The translations under genes were made by a program, and so were the position numbers. From positions 13,268,001 through 13,332,000 of the forward strand of contig JBHGNT010000014.1 in the NCBI GenBank assembly GCA_043228905.1: a stretch of 64,000 nucleotides of DNA. The letters are read 5' to 3'. Source of the stretch: Azolla caroliniana (lineage: Eukaryota; Plantae; Polypodiophyta). The notes under the pieces were generated by a model. That model worked only from the letters and a program-made list of their open reading frames with translations. It had not been told where the DNA came from and did no database searches. Positions 25,101 to 38,654 of this stretch are shown in pieces (within the stretch, counting starts at the first letter, position 1; every line of letters starts with the position of its first letter).

Positions 25101-28100
25101 AATCCAATATGGAGGGTTCTCTGGAATGAGGAGGAACCTTTGGTGTTGGGTGATGAGGTCATCATCCAGATGGATGGGGGCTACATGCATGCCAAAATGT
25201 GATTGCCCAATCTATTGTAACCCCTTTTGAGTGTTGTGGTTGAGAAGACCCTACTTGTGTAGCCATTGATTGACTTGTAACATGAGAAGGAATGATGGAG
25301 CAAGAGATAGACTTTTAAAGTCCACAGAAGACCAATTGTGATCTATGAGAGAGGCAGAAAGAAAGAAAGAAAGATATATTAACATCTTTTAAGAGGCCAA
25401 AATGGCCTATAAGACCAAATAAGAGATTACATCTTGAGTGTTGTCTCATCTTTGAGAACAAATCAAAATAAAATAAATATTACACAGTAAATATAAAAGT
25501 AAATAAGATGAAAAGAGAAGAAACGAGGGAATCTGGTTTTTGGCACATGTGAGATTCTCAAGTTAGGTATATTGTAGCGTTTGTCTTCAAATGATCTCTA
25601 GCATAGGTCGATCTAGAATGGAAATGTCTCCGAAGCAGAGAAATCAAATACCATTGATACCTTTGAGAGGCCAAAATGAATCGTGAGACCAAAAAATTTA
25701 CATCAAGGAGAGAAGACATGTAAATCTAATAATGCATAGTTCAATGATGGATGTTAAGGCAACCATATGCAAGCTTAAGGCCACTCTGAGGTCAAGTGAT
25801 GCATGAACAAATGAACCAAGGGAATACAATATCCTCAAAAGGAAATGAAGATCAGTATGAACTTGATAGAGAGACAAAGGTCATTGCATCTGTATGCTCA
25901 GAAATGGTCAATGGACTGGCCTTAGTAACTAAAGACTGGATATATACATTACTAAACCAGGTAATATACCACACTGTTTTCTTCAAGTTTGGCACAATAA
26001 CTGGAAGAAACTATACATAAGAGGGAATCAGCATTGGATCGCCAACCATCACACAATTATGGTGGGATCTTCTGTGGCTAAGTTTTTAGGTAGTATTGTT
26101 GAACATCAACTGAGTGAATGGGCTGAGAAAGACAACAAGAGAGGTGTGGAACATGCAGGTTTCCAACCTAAACACAGCACTATTGTTCATCTCATTATAT
26201 GGTATCATTGGAGGTCAGCTTGATCGACAATTAAAGGTTTGCACAGAACTGCAAACTCCTGGTATTTTTTCTTTTCTTATAAACAACAAGCTTTTTTATT
26301 AGGCAATCATTCATTAATCAGGATAATTTTCATTGATTTTATTTTGCAATAAACCTATTGATATTTTATTCACTCATCACTAATTTCTCTTTTTTGGTTT
26401 CATGTACATCACATATTTCTATATATCAAACATACATTATAATTGTTAAAACTTTATTCCTTTCTTCTGTGTATCAAGATTTATAATGCACTTTATGATC
26501 ATCTGTCTTCCATGACAATCACCCACATGGGTACAAATGTGTTCAGCGACACCCATGAGCACATTCACAATTACAACCTTATGCGGTGGACATTGCAACC
26601 AAAACGCATGTGTTAAGCACACACATGTTACACAATCTTGTGCATGTTCGCACATGGCCAACACCTTATACGGAATTTCACCGGTGAGTGCCTAAAATCA
26701 TGGCATTTCACATGTGCAGTACACAAAATCACCATGTAAGGCATGGACCATTATAGAGCGTACAATGAAAACATAATGCACAGAAACGAAAGAAAGATAC
26801 ATTGATGATTATAATGTATGTTCTCTACATGGATAAACATGATGCACAAGAGAGAAAAAAATGCACCCACACAGATGGCCATCACATAAAGTGAGGACAA
26901 ATACCTTGTAAGGCATGGACCATCATAGAGGGCACGATGAAAACATGATGCACAGAGAAGAAAGAAAGATAGATTACTGATTATAATGTATGTTTGATAC
27001 GTAGATAAACATCATGCACACGAAAGAAAACAATGCATCTACGAGGATGACCATCACATGAAGTGCGGACAATCACCATGTAAGGCATGGACCATCATAG
27101 AGGGAATGATGAAAACATGATGCACAGAAAAGAAATAAAGATAGATTAATGATTATAATATACGTTCAATAAGTGGATAAACATGATGCATGATAAAGAA
27201 AACAGAGAGAGGGAATGAAAGAAAGATATATTAACGCCTTTTAAGACGTTAATAGAGAGAGGTTTATGTTTCGTTACAAACATGATGTGCAAGAGAGATC
27301 TCAATAGGTTTATCATAAAAACATCAATGAAAATATTACTTTTTTATCAATGATTGCCAAATAAAAAAGTATAGTTTGTTGAAAATAAAATAAAAGATAC
27401 CGAGATTTTTCGCTTTTTTGATTTCTGGATTGAAGAGAAAATCACTTGTTAATCGACTCCAAGGAGACGAATACAAAACCCCATCGGTATACCATGCTAT
27501 TATATATGGCTTTGTAACAACAGATCTGAAATACAAGAACTTTGCCTCGTCCACAGAGTTCCAGTGGCATCTCTAAGATGTTGTATTGAAGGTGATCACT
27601 AGTTCGCTTTTTATAGTTGAACTCCATAGACTCACAAACAGCCACGTGTTCTCACATGTTACTAGTCTTTATGGGTTTGTCCCGAGTCCAAGGATAACTG
27701 GTTTTCCATTTATCCTAACCTTAAATCCTGGAAATTAGTCGTCTTCATAAGGCTATGCCCTTAACATCTACTCTCCTCAATGATATCCCAAAATGTGGAA
27801 ATACAATCCATTGTAGAGAACCTTCTCCTAAAACAAGCATGTCCTTCAGCTCAGGTACCTTCTTTCAGAAGCATTTAATTTGCCAAAAAATGAACAGTCA
27901 TGAATCATGATCATGTGGTAGTTGGTAGATGTGAATCTCCCGAATTGAGTATGGGTACTGGTGGTAGTACTCAAAGTCTCTGGAAATCCATCACATTGAG
28001 AGAGAGGATGCAAGTATAGGTGCTAGAATGCACAGAGATGATCCTTAGGAAAACCTCCAATATTTTCCTAAACCCAGACATATAAAATACATTTGAAACG

Positions 28101-31100
28101 TTTTCATAATACACTGCAATAAAATGTGAGATAAACACTGCTTTTAATATATGCTGGATTAGGAAGTGTTATGAGAATAGAATTTAAACTGTAGACAAAA
28201 AATGATAGCAAGTGTACAGGATATGAACATGTTATATCGGAATCATAGAAATGATATTCTGCTCCCATATCCAAAAGTGCCATGTCGCCATCCTCAATAG
28301 TCTGTAAGGTTGGAAAAAAGAAGTAATAAGCTAATGCGAGATTTTGATTTTCTTTTCTGAAGCTTGAATCTAGAATATTGCTAAGTTTTCCATATAAATA
28401 TCCGTATTTAATCAAGATTTTAGACAGACGTGTGATTTTTACCCGATCATTTGGGGCTGCTGCATGTCCATAATGTAATACTGAACTGCAATTTTCCAGA
28501 CCAAAAGAGCTTATTGCTTGGAAACTTCAGAAAAACAATAAAGGATATACTGCAACAAATAGAATATAAATTCCCATTTTTTATATATTTCATTATTGAT
28601 ATTTACTTAAGACGTTTAGATTCTCTACTACATCAATAAGCTTGGTGTATAGGCTATAAAAATACTCCGAAATCATTTTCAAGACACAAAAACCTGTTGT
28701 GACCAGTGGCACATATGCATGTGTAAGAAACATGTCTACAACCACCATTTGTGTAGACATAATGCAAAAAATTGCTTTCTAGCTCATATTCTTTTATTCC
28801 TGGCCGTACAGTTTGCATCACCTGTTTAATGAAATCAAAGAGTTAATCATAACCCAGCTCACTTGAGATTCACTGCAGGAAGAATGTTAACATTCTATAT
28901 TTTCATTTATGAGCTTCTGACTCTATCCTTCTAATAATATATTTTTTAATTGATGCAAGTAGGTTTCCATATTACCTTTACATGTGCAGCAGAGCTAATT
29001 TTGTTGATGTACCGCAGTAAATCCAGTTCATAATGGGATTTTATCACACGACATTCAGTTAGGATAGGATGCAATGTTTCACAGTCTGTTTCAAATTCAT
29101 CTATTCCCTGTACAAGAGACAAACTTATTCAAGAAAAGTAACAAAGAGACATTTCAGCTTCATTCAGAAATACCAAAAGGCATTTCAGAAATTGAATTGG
29201 AATCCAGCCTCCTTTCTTCTATATCCGAGGTCAAAGTTCCATTATGACGCGAGATACCCAACATTTTGGAATCTCCATTTATTAAAATTGGTTTCATGAT
29301 AGTAAAATTCAAATTGGAATCTTAACAGTAATACACAAGACAAGGTCAGGTGGTCTCCAATCCTGAAGGGAGGGATAAAAAACAAAAGACATTCATATGT
29401 ATCTACATAATGCCTCGATGAATTTTGTACCTACATAATGCTTTGGAGGCATAGGGGAGATACACCCACAAATCAATACAATCCATTCAAGGATCTGTGC
29501 TTAGGCATATGTGAACAGTAATGAAAAATGAAGGGTTTAAATACTACAGTTCATTTTTTCAATGCAGGAATTAATGAAGTTTGTACTCGCAAGTTTGGCA
29601 CTCTCAAGGTAACATTTTACGCAGGAATCAACATTTATTAATTTGGATAGATGTTTCCCTTTCTTGCTCCACATTTATTAATTTGGATAGATGTAGTTAT
29701 CATTATTATCCCCATGATTCTCCCGTTGGAAAGATATTATATTTCAAGAAATCAACAATGCAAGTCATTAGACATAATAGTTCAAGCAAAGCAACAAATC
29801 AACGTACTAGATATGCAATGAAATCCAATAAACAGAAATAAGATTCCAACGTCTTGTTTCTGATCTGGAAGAGCTTTGCATGCATTCTTTGCTCTAGTTT
29901 CATTATCAATACTTATGAATAGAAAGACCAATTATGAAACCTCTCAATCTGCATAATGGAAATATCTTATAAATTCTCTCCTTACCTTAAAATCTGCAGG
30001 TTTTGAATAACGATCACTATCTGTGTTCAAGCCATAGAGCAAATATAGCAATGGATTTTCTAAGCCTTGGTTAAGTTGCCTCAAGGTTACTACAACTTCA
30101 TCGACATAAAAAACCTCATCAACTTTGTAGTTATCCTGACATAAAAAATACCATTCTCATGTCAACATATGAGGTGATAAATCATTTTTTTAAGATAATG
30201 TTAACTTTGCTACTTTACCTTAAAATAGCTTCGTGGGAGTATTTCCCCACTCCAAATAGCATATTCTGCTGACAACCTGGGAATAAACAAATACGATTGG
30301 CCCGTTGCAACATCCTGAAATTCAGCATTTAATGTATGTGTTTATAAGTAAAAACGAATTGGGTTTTAATATGAAGCATTTTGACATGTATGACTCATGC
30401 ATGAAAAAAATAAATTAAATGGATGTGATTCGGTATGTACAAAAAAATTATGGAAAAAAGATATGGATCAGCAATGAGACACAGATAGGTGAGTTATTCA
30501 TTGAATAGGCTTTCCTAGTTAGGTTTGCTTGTTGATTTAAATAATAGGCCATCATGTGTGGCAATCATCAAAGATTTCCACATTCTAAAGGAAGCACCAG
30601 TTACTGGTGTTCACTCGGCACTCCAAAGTGGAATGTAATGGATATTGGATGTATGAGTTTCACTCCAAAGATTGAGTTCAGCCTTCAGAATTTCAACCTA
30701 GAAGGAAATTACAACACTAAAGTTGTTTTACACCAAATTTCTACCCTTCCGAATCAGACCTATGTGTTGGTTGCTTGCCAAGCCTTTGCATGTATTTAGC
30801 TCCAGCAATGTTGTTGAACTCCTCTGCCTCGATTTCTTGAGTCAATATGATTAGCATCCATTTTTTCAGAACAAAATCATCCATGATATTAATCATCAGA
30901 GAGAAGTAAAACTTGTAAATAGGATGAAAACTGAAAAACATTTCAAAGAGTTGGCCTCCATCATAACATTCTAAATTATCTCCATCTAATCCATTAAATA
31001 GGTAAGATAAAATTAGACATCAGGAACTGGCAGTTTCCTAATATACCTCACTTTTTATTTACGAAAAGGGAAACCCCATTTTCTCATGAGATTAAGAAAC

Positions 31101-34100
31101 AAACAAGGTTTTTGTAGAAGTTTGGAGCCTATGCTCACCAAAGCACCGAAGAATCCAGGCTCCTTGACTCCAAATAAATATGCAAAATAGCTTTCCTGCC
31201 TGATAAAAAGTTGAAAACTGAGCACCTGATAACAAACAATAGACTCTGACATAGAAATAATTATGAAAGCGAGAATTTACCCTTTTTTTTTCATACTCTT
31301 AACAGTAGTAGAGTTTATTGCACATTATGTGTTTAACAAACAATCATTTCTCATAGCTTAAAGGCACAATATTGGTTTTAGAGTCATTTTGAACTCTTTC
31401 AATGGATTTATCTATATTATTGCTCCCATTTCTCATTCCTTTCATCTCTTAGATAGACATTATCCTTCAAAAGAACGTTTGTGTAAGATATATTCTTCTC
31501 AATAATAGTTTTATTTAAGTTTTTTGAACACATGTAGCATGCATATCCTTTTCTCCTCGTAAACTCTACAGGTTTACCTAGTTCTTGTTCTAGTTCTTAA
31601 GGTGTAATCTCTTGTTTGGTCTTATAGGCCATTTTGACCTCTTAAAAGATGTAAATATATCTTTCTTTGGTCTTTCTTCAAAACTAATCTCTCCATTCCA
31701 CACTCTCATATATTTCTCTCTCTTTCTCTAGGTTCACTTTATTCCAACATCTATTTCATTCGACTTTCTGAACCTGCCACTACTTCATTACAGCATTTAC
31801 TACATTGTTTCTTTTCTTCACTACTCCACTACTTTAACTCATTATGCTCCCAAGTATATTTTATCCCCTTCTATAAATTAATCTGTTACAAACCCCACTC
31901 TCATTCTTGTATTTAAAGGCGTTGAGTCGCACTACGGAATACAGTCCTTGTTTAGTTTATTTTTCTGCTGCTGCTACCTCTTTCGCACCTTACTATAGTT
32001 CGTAACACAATTTTCTTTGAGCAGCCAACAATCTATAACTTTTTTCTCATTTCCATCCCTCCCACCCTATAGAAGAGGCTCTCCAAACATCCATACATAG
32101 TCCCACTTAAACTATCATTTAGGGTGGAGTAGGTAGGTGCACATGATTACAACAATTCATTTGAAGCTTTATAGGAGGGACTCTATGGCTTCCAATGCCA
32201 CTATTATATCTTTCCACCATTCCTCAACTTCCCAAAGATTCTAGATGGAACGAACTATATAGATTGGGAATCACATATGATCAGCTTGTTGTAATACAAC
32301 CTTTCATACAATATTATTAAAGGACTGACCCGAATCCTAAGGCTAGAACTATTTTTTCATCTTCAGCACCCACACAAGCTTCAATTGACTCTTGGCTGGA
32401 AAAAGATGGTCATGCTCATGCTTTCATGCATTTCTCCACATTTTAGATGCTAAGTGGACTAAAGTTGAGTCCAAGATCAAGAAATCCAGAATTCTTGGGT
32501 ACCAAATCAATATCAATTTTAGAGATGTTCATTTTTTAGAGTCACATGAAGAATTATTCCAGAATTTTTTGTGGAAGGTCCCAATTCCTTCCTCTACTTC
32601 AACTGGCCCACCTACGTCCTCCCCTCTTGTTTCAGCTACTCAAAGCTCATCCTCTATGCCAACTCTCTATTCCACCCTCGTCTCCTACTACAGACAAACC
32701 TACCCCTCATCAACTTCCATAAAAGAGCAATATGAAATTTAAAGAAGAAAGAACATTATTATTATTGGAGGCATGCAAGAGTATGATTCAGAGAATTATT
32801 ATTAGACGCGTGTAAGAGTATGAATCAGAGAATGCACTTTCTCTTGCAGAGAATATTCAAAATTCTTTGAAGATCACTTTGCTATGGGAGATGCTATGCA
32901 AGATGTTACCATATATGCTACACATAGGGTTGGTAAGAAAAGGTTAGAAGGAACATTTTGTCGACTTATTGTTTGTGCAATCCTAGATAAACGCAAATGA
33001 GATATCATTTTAGATAGTAGTAGGGTGTATAAGGGCACCAGTTTCTTTATAATGGAGGATTGAACTCCAGACGAGTAAGAACGTAGAAAGCAAGCATATG
33101 CATCTAGAAAAGGAATTCAAAATGCATAGGAAGTGATGACCCATGGGACTATAGATACCTCAATTTTGAAAATCATATTTTGGAGTTGAGAGGATGTCCA
33201 TGGATAAGGGGTTATGACTAAGTGATGTAGTGCAATATATTGATGTTATATTTTTGGCTGAAACTTGGGAGCATGATGCAAAATGCAGAGGATATCCATG
33301 GGATAACGGGTTAAGACTAAGAGATGTAGTGCAATATATTGATGTTATATTTTTGGCTGAAACTTGGAAGCATGATGCCAAACGCATGGCTAAGATAGAT
33401 GGCTACCTTATCAAATTGATATGGCCTCACTCTAAAGGGAATATTGGATGTGCTGGGATAGCACATATTTACCATGAGAGCTTAGATAATTATATAAAAT
33501 TATGCCATCAAACAAATAATGAGGTTTCCAAGACTACTTTAGAGTGATCGTAATCATCAAAAGACTTCATAACTCCATAACTTATGACCACCAGCCTCTT
33601 ATAGATCATACATGATAAAATTAATCACCAAATAAATTTATGAAACCCCTTGAGCATGTGCATCTTCAAGAAGAATTGGAAAACTTTATGAGCACATAAC
33701 TATAGCCACAACAGCAATTGGGTGATATGATCATTGAAAAATGGCTATATTCTATTATAATGGAGAAATTAATATCTTAGGTCTAAACAAAAGAGTGCCT
33801 CTCTCACAAATTCATACATTATAAAATAAATATTTAAAAAACTAACAGATAAATTCCTCTCTTACAAAGACAAACATAATAAACTAGCTACCAAGGTCTC
33901 TCTCACAAAAAGGGTATATATGAAAAACTAGCTATCAGATAAATCGTAAAGCAAAGGATCACAAATCCATGTACAATAAACTAGCTATGAAATATGTGAA
34001 CAATGTTTTGAATCATTAATTTCAAGCTTAACCTATGTTGGATGTAATTAACTATACGAAAACTTGATCTCATCATTTTAAGAACGCCAAAAAATTTATG

Positions 34101-34423
34101 TTTTTGAAAGAAGCTAAAAATGCTTGTTTACCTGAAGAGCAAAAGGGAATCAGTACAATAATGGTATTGCTCCTCTCCTCCCTACAAAAAATTCAGATAA
34201 AGATATAAATTTTAAATTAAAAAAAAAACAAATCATAATTGTAGGCCGGGAAGATGAGAAAATTAATCTTTAAGTAAAAAAAAGATTAGGACAAAGAAAT
34301 TACCTGCAACAGAGCAAACCCTGACAAAGGGCGCTTCTCAGATAGAAGATGACTACGGAGAGAGTCCAATAGCTTTGATCGATTGTGAGAGTGTAACTCC
34401 ATGGGAACCTTGAAGGTCTCCAT
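22193..34423 (-). CDS. PEPD: Xaa-Pro dipeptidase (prolidase, peptidase M24B), 16 exons, 479 aa
   Basis: GT-AG exons: 34423-34304, 34181-34132, 31199-31139, 30314-30219, 30135-29986, 29107-28976, 28821-28694, 28485-28443, 28301-28218, 24756-24715, 24053-23983, 23737-23684, 23607-23502, 23429-23361, 22540-22397, 22282-22193. Total 1440 nt, in frame. Motifs: [61 protein letters not shown]. Confidence 0.95.
25760..26200 (+). mobile_element. Decayed LINE RT N-terminal fragment (RTE-X/CR1-like) in prolidase intron 9
   Basis: [50 protein letters not shown] matches the non-LTR RT start pattern YRxI...K.....E..L..W.E......QAGFR...ST.DH. Confidence 0.7.
26395..27200. repeat. Three tandem ~172-bp units plus one degenerate inverted unit
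   Basis: Units start near 26727, 26899 and 27071 (TGTAAGGCATGGACCAT...). Segment 26400-26525 is a reverse-complement copy (for example CAAACATACATTATAAT). Confidence 0.85.
32700..33530 (+). mobile_element. 5' part of a LINE (ORF1 RRM-like region and APE endonuclease start) in prolidase intron 2
   Basis: RRKNIII.G..E...HRVG......IV......KG..F.I.ED.T (ORF1-like), then CRGYPW...[10 protein letters not shown]...IDGY...G.AGIA (APE N-terminus). A ~96-bp tandem duplication spans about 33188-33380. Confidence 0.72.
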
Positions 34424-34677
34424 TGTTGTTAGTAGCTTAAAACAGAGCTAAATCCAAAAATCTTCTGATTTCCTCTTTCATTAGTATACATGTAGCATAA
34501 TACATACATGCATGCATACATACATACATGATACAGTACATATATAATACAAATTTGTAATTACTATATACATATGTATTATACATACAAACAAACATAC
34601 TACACTACATACATATATAATTATTATATATGTATGTAAGTAGGTATGTATGTATGTATGTATGTATGTATGTATAT

Positions 34678-34977
34678 TAGGCTCTCACACTTGGGTTTCA
34701 CGAGACCAAGTTCCTCGCGCACCAAGTCTTTACCTTGTGCTCGGTAGTGAATCTCGAGAAAAGACAACATTGTTCACTATAACCTCGATTTGAGTTTTTT
34801 CTTTTTTCTTTTCCTTATTTTGAGTAACAAATGTTTGATCAATACATATGTATAAGTTTCGTGTTGTTTTCCTTGTAGAATTTTGAAGATTCTTTCACGA
34901 TTAGAAGGAAATTCTCGGGTGGCTGGTTGAATTTTGCCACACAATCTTTGGTGTGGGACCGGAGTGTATTAGGCCTA
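34678..34977. mobile_element. Possible MITE upstream of prolidase
   Basis: Imperfect ~30-bp terminal inverted repeats TAGGC..CACT..GGT..CAC..ACCAA, next to a (TATG)n tract. Confidence 0.35.
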
Positions 34978-36542
34978 CCCAACACCATTATTGGATGGGT
35001 GAATTTATTCATACTTTTTGGGGGATGACCATATTGACCAACTAATCACTTTGTTACATCAACATGAAAGTAGTTATTTATCTCTCCTCCAACATTGCTC
35101 TTGTTATAGAATAGCCCTTTGTGTTATTGGTTTTATTGTTTTGTTTGGCTATTAACTACAATGGTATTCATACTAATAGTTTTCACACAAGAACCTCCCC
35201 TCAGCCTAGGTTAACCAAACATTCGTATGTATCCATGATAGCTACCCATGTCATAACATTTCCCCCGTTGTGTGATGTGGGATGCTTGTGAAAGTTAAAG
35301 CATCTTGATTCAAGATATATGAAAGGTTGAAGGATAAGGCAAAAGTATAACAAGAAGGACATGAGGTAGGATGAAGCTCAAGACAACAAAAAGATATCTA
35401 GTACTATCGACAAGAGCTTACTCTCAAAATGATATGGTTATGGGTTTAATTCCTGTTTAGACCATGAGAGGCATTACGTGAACTTCACTGGGTCATGGAT
35501 GGACATGGTGATCGACATTTTTTTACACCTAGTGTACTAAGAAGATAAATATAGGTGCATGCAATAGTGAAAAGGCAAGGGGCATGCCAAAAGAATATTG
35601 ATTAGTTTTTATTTTATTTTAAACATATCCTTCCATTAGTTTAAAAAAACCATATCAACTAAAAAATACAAAATGATGGAAAGGAGATGATTATCCTTCC
35701 CCAACCCGTCTTGTGTAAGACAATAGCTAGCCATGAATCCTTCTTTTGATAGACTTGATTGAACACTTCCTCAATAGTTGAAGCATACCATGAATTTGCA
35801 TATGTTCAAACCAAATCAATCTTCCTCATCATGTTCATATTCAACATCTCCCGATATCACCTTTGGGTCATCACATGCATCCAATATACCCCCACATTTA
35901 CAATGACCAAGCATCCTCTATTTTCCATATTCAACGTAAAACTCAATCAAAGCATTATGGTATAGAGGTCATTTTGTATGCCTCGATCCATGAATATTGA
36001 TTAGTTTTATATGCATGAGTAGCGCCAAAAGCCTATAAGAAGGGACAATGGAGGTTGTTGTCAAGGATCTTAATTTAGCATAAAACAAAAATGTTGTTGA
36101 GATTTCAATTGGGCTCAAGAGGGTGTATAAAGACCAACAACAACAATAGGCGACATGGTTATTTGTTGGGACGTTGCTCCGAATCTCAAGGATTTCCCCT
36201 CAAAGCTCTACATGTGATTCATATACTCTTCTATCTTAACTACTTCTTGCCATAAAAAACACTCCATCTAACGAGGGTTGAGATCTCATCTCGTTGTAAA
36301 TATTTCAATTGTGAACTTTTGATGTAATATGTTATTTTACTATACATAAAAAATGATTTATAGTAATCCTATTGTTTTGGTGTAAATCGCAATTGAACAA
36401 GGATCGTGAAATATGAAGATATAGAATTTTGCTCAAAATTGATGGAAACTAGGTCCTTGAATTTCATGTTAGAGTGTTTTATTAGTGGCAAAGCACTTTG
36501 ACACCATCAACTTGACCAATCCCATCCCCTCTTGTTCATGTC

Positions 36543-36971
36543 TGTAAAGAATCGAGAGTGATTCTATACAACGGAATAGATTAGAGATGTGTGTTATGTG
36601 TGTGTGAAAGAGGAGAGGCACAAGATAGATAGGAAAATAGAATACTCAAGATGTATATTGACAAGGAGTAGAGAATAACAAGTACAAGGATATAACATTA
36701 CATGGATGATTAACGACGCTTACAAAGTAGGAGGAAGGTGCTTTATATGAGGTCACCCTCTCACTAAACCACTCACTCATTCTCTAACAACTATAGAAGC
36801 TCATGTGTCATGGAGAATGTGGAAACTCATTGGTTATGTGTCATAGAATATGATTCTATGCCACATAGTGAATGTTAGAAAGTAGTGGTGACCTTTGACC
36901 TATGAGTGTTCATACATTCTCAAGAAAGGTGTGTTCATACACTAGACTTAGGTTGAGTTTGATTCCCAACA
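36543..36971 (-). mobile_element. Solo LTR
   Basis: Minus strand reads TGTTGGGAATC...GATTCTTTACA, with a TATA-like site (TATAAAAG). Flanks ATGTC/AAGTC match 4 of 5 as a TSD. Confidence 0.7.
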
Positions 36972-37430
36972 AAGTCCATGGTGGTCTCACTCATGTTTCA
37001 CATGCAAGCAAGTATTATTGCAACACCACCCCTCATTGCATGGTCTCTTATTTCAATCTATCAAAGTTCCTCTAACTAGTGAGGCATCATGAGAGGCTCA
37101 ATGATATTATTATAATCTTTAATCTCCTTTTGAAGTTTCCTTATTGTAACCATGAGGTTTTACTCGTGAGTTAATTATAGACTCACCTTTATACATGCAC
37201 ATGCTCTTTAATGATGTCATTCTTTAATCCATTGTTGATCGTTTACCACACACTAATGTTCATGAATAAACATGTCAACCATTTGCAATGTAGTATAACC
37301 ACATTTCAACTTTTTCGTATAGCAAAGATGACAATGCATTCAAAAGGAAATCAAAACTACATGCTCTAAGAAATTTAGCTTTGTCTAAATTGACTATTGG
37401 TGTGTTGTCAACAAACCAAACACATTATAT

Positions 37431-37757
37431 ACTTATGCAAATGATTTGTCGTGTATTGTGATTCAAGAATATTAAGGAAGAATAATGGGAAAGAACTTGA
37501 TGTTTAATACAAGAGATTCATAATATTTAAACAATAATCCAAGAGGACATAAACTTTTTAGTTCACAATGAAAAATCCAGGTGACATTATGTATCTACTT
37601 ATGCAAATGAATCGATAGTGTACTATGATTCAAGGATATTAAGGAAAATAATGGGAAAGAACTTGATGTTTAACACAAGGGATTCATAATCTTTAAATAA
37701 CAATCCAAGAGGACATACACTTTTTAGTTCACAATGAAAAATACAAATGTCATTATT
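37431..37757. repeat. Tandem duplication (~165 bp x2)
   Basis: ACTTATGCAAATGA...GTTCACAATGAAAAAT is repeated. Confidence 0.9.
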
Positions 37758-38654
37758 AATTGTATTGTAAAAGTATGTCAAACTAAGAACAACATGCTTG
37801 TTGGATTTGTCTTGAGGATGATGCGGCGAAATACGATAGCACATGTGATGCTAAGTACAGAGGGGAGAATGACATTGTGCGGCTGATCACTGACAACAGG
37901 GTACCTACAACTTGTGCACAGAATCAAAAACTTGGAGATTTTTGGAGGTTGCTTGCCCCCATTACTATATGGTATATATGGACAACAAGGTGTACCAGGG
38001 TATTTTCAGCACACAAACGCCCCCCAGCTGAATCGATGAAGCTAATCTAGCACACATTAATAACTACACTAAGAGCTCAATATGAGCGGATTGATGGTAC
38101 TAATGATGCTACATAACTAATGAGGCTGAATTTTCGAAAGCAATGGTGTACTACACTGATGGCCACATCAAATGGAATGGATATATTATGGAAGTATGAA
38201 GTACCCAAATGGTTATTACCCCCTCCCATTAGATGAACGAGGGGCGTGAAAGACATGGCATGTGGGATAGTGAATGTAGGTGATGTGCATGAAAGGATGG
38301 CTAGAGCCATATGTGTAAGTGTAAGATAAAGAAGCAAGATCTCTTGTGTAGGATAGGATAGTCTTGGCTCAGCCTTCTCGAGTTTGTGTATATTTTAACT
38401 AAAGGAGTATGTTTTTTTTTTTTGGAAACATAAAGCATATGAAGGGGAAATCATTGTAATGGATTAATCTATCAAAGTCTTAAGAGAAAGTGAACAATAT
38501 GAAAAGAAATGATAACATTGTGGAAATAATTGTTTGATTTATATTGTCATTGTTTAAATGAATTTGTTAAACTGAAATAAAGGATGAGCATATTATATAT
38601 GGATTGGGTGAATACACAAGCGTATGAGTTGATGAAACATATTATTGTAGATGA

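Noticed and set aside
35000-36500. Possible coding or TE remnant between prolidase and XTH
   Set aside because: No motif, splice structure or termini could be supported from the sequence.
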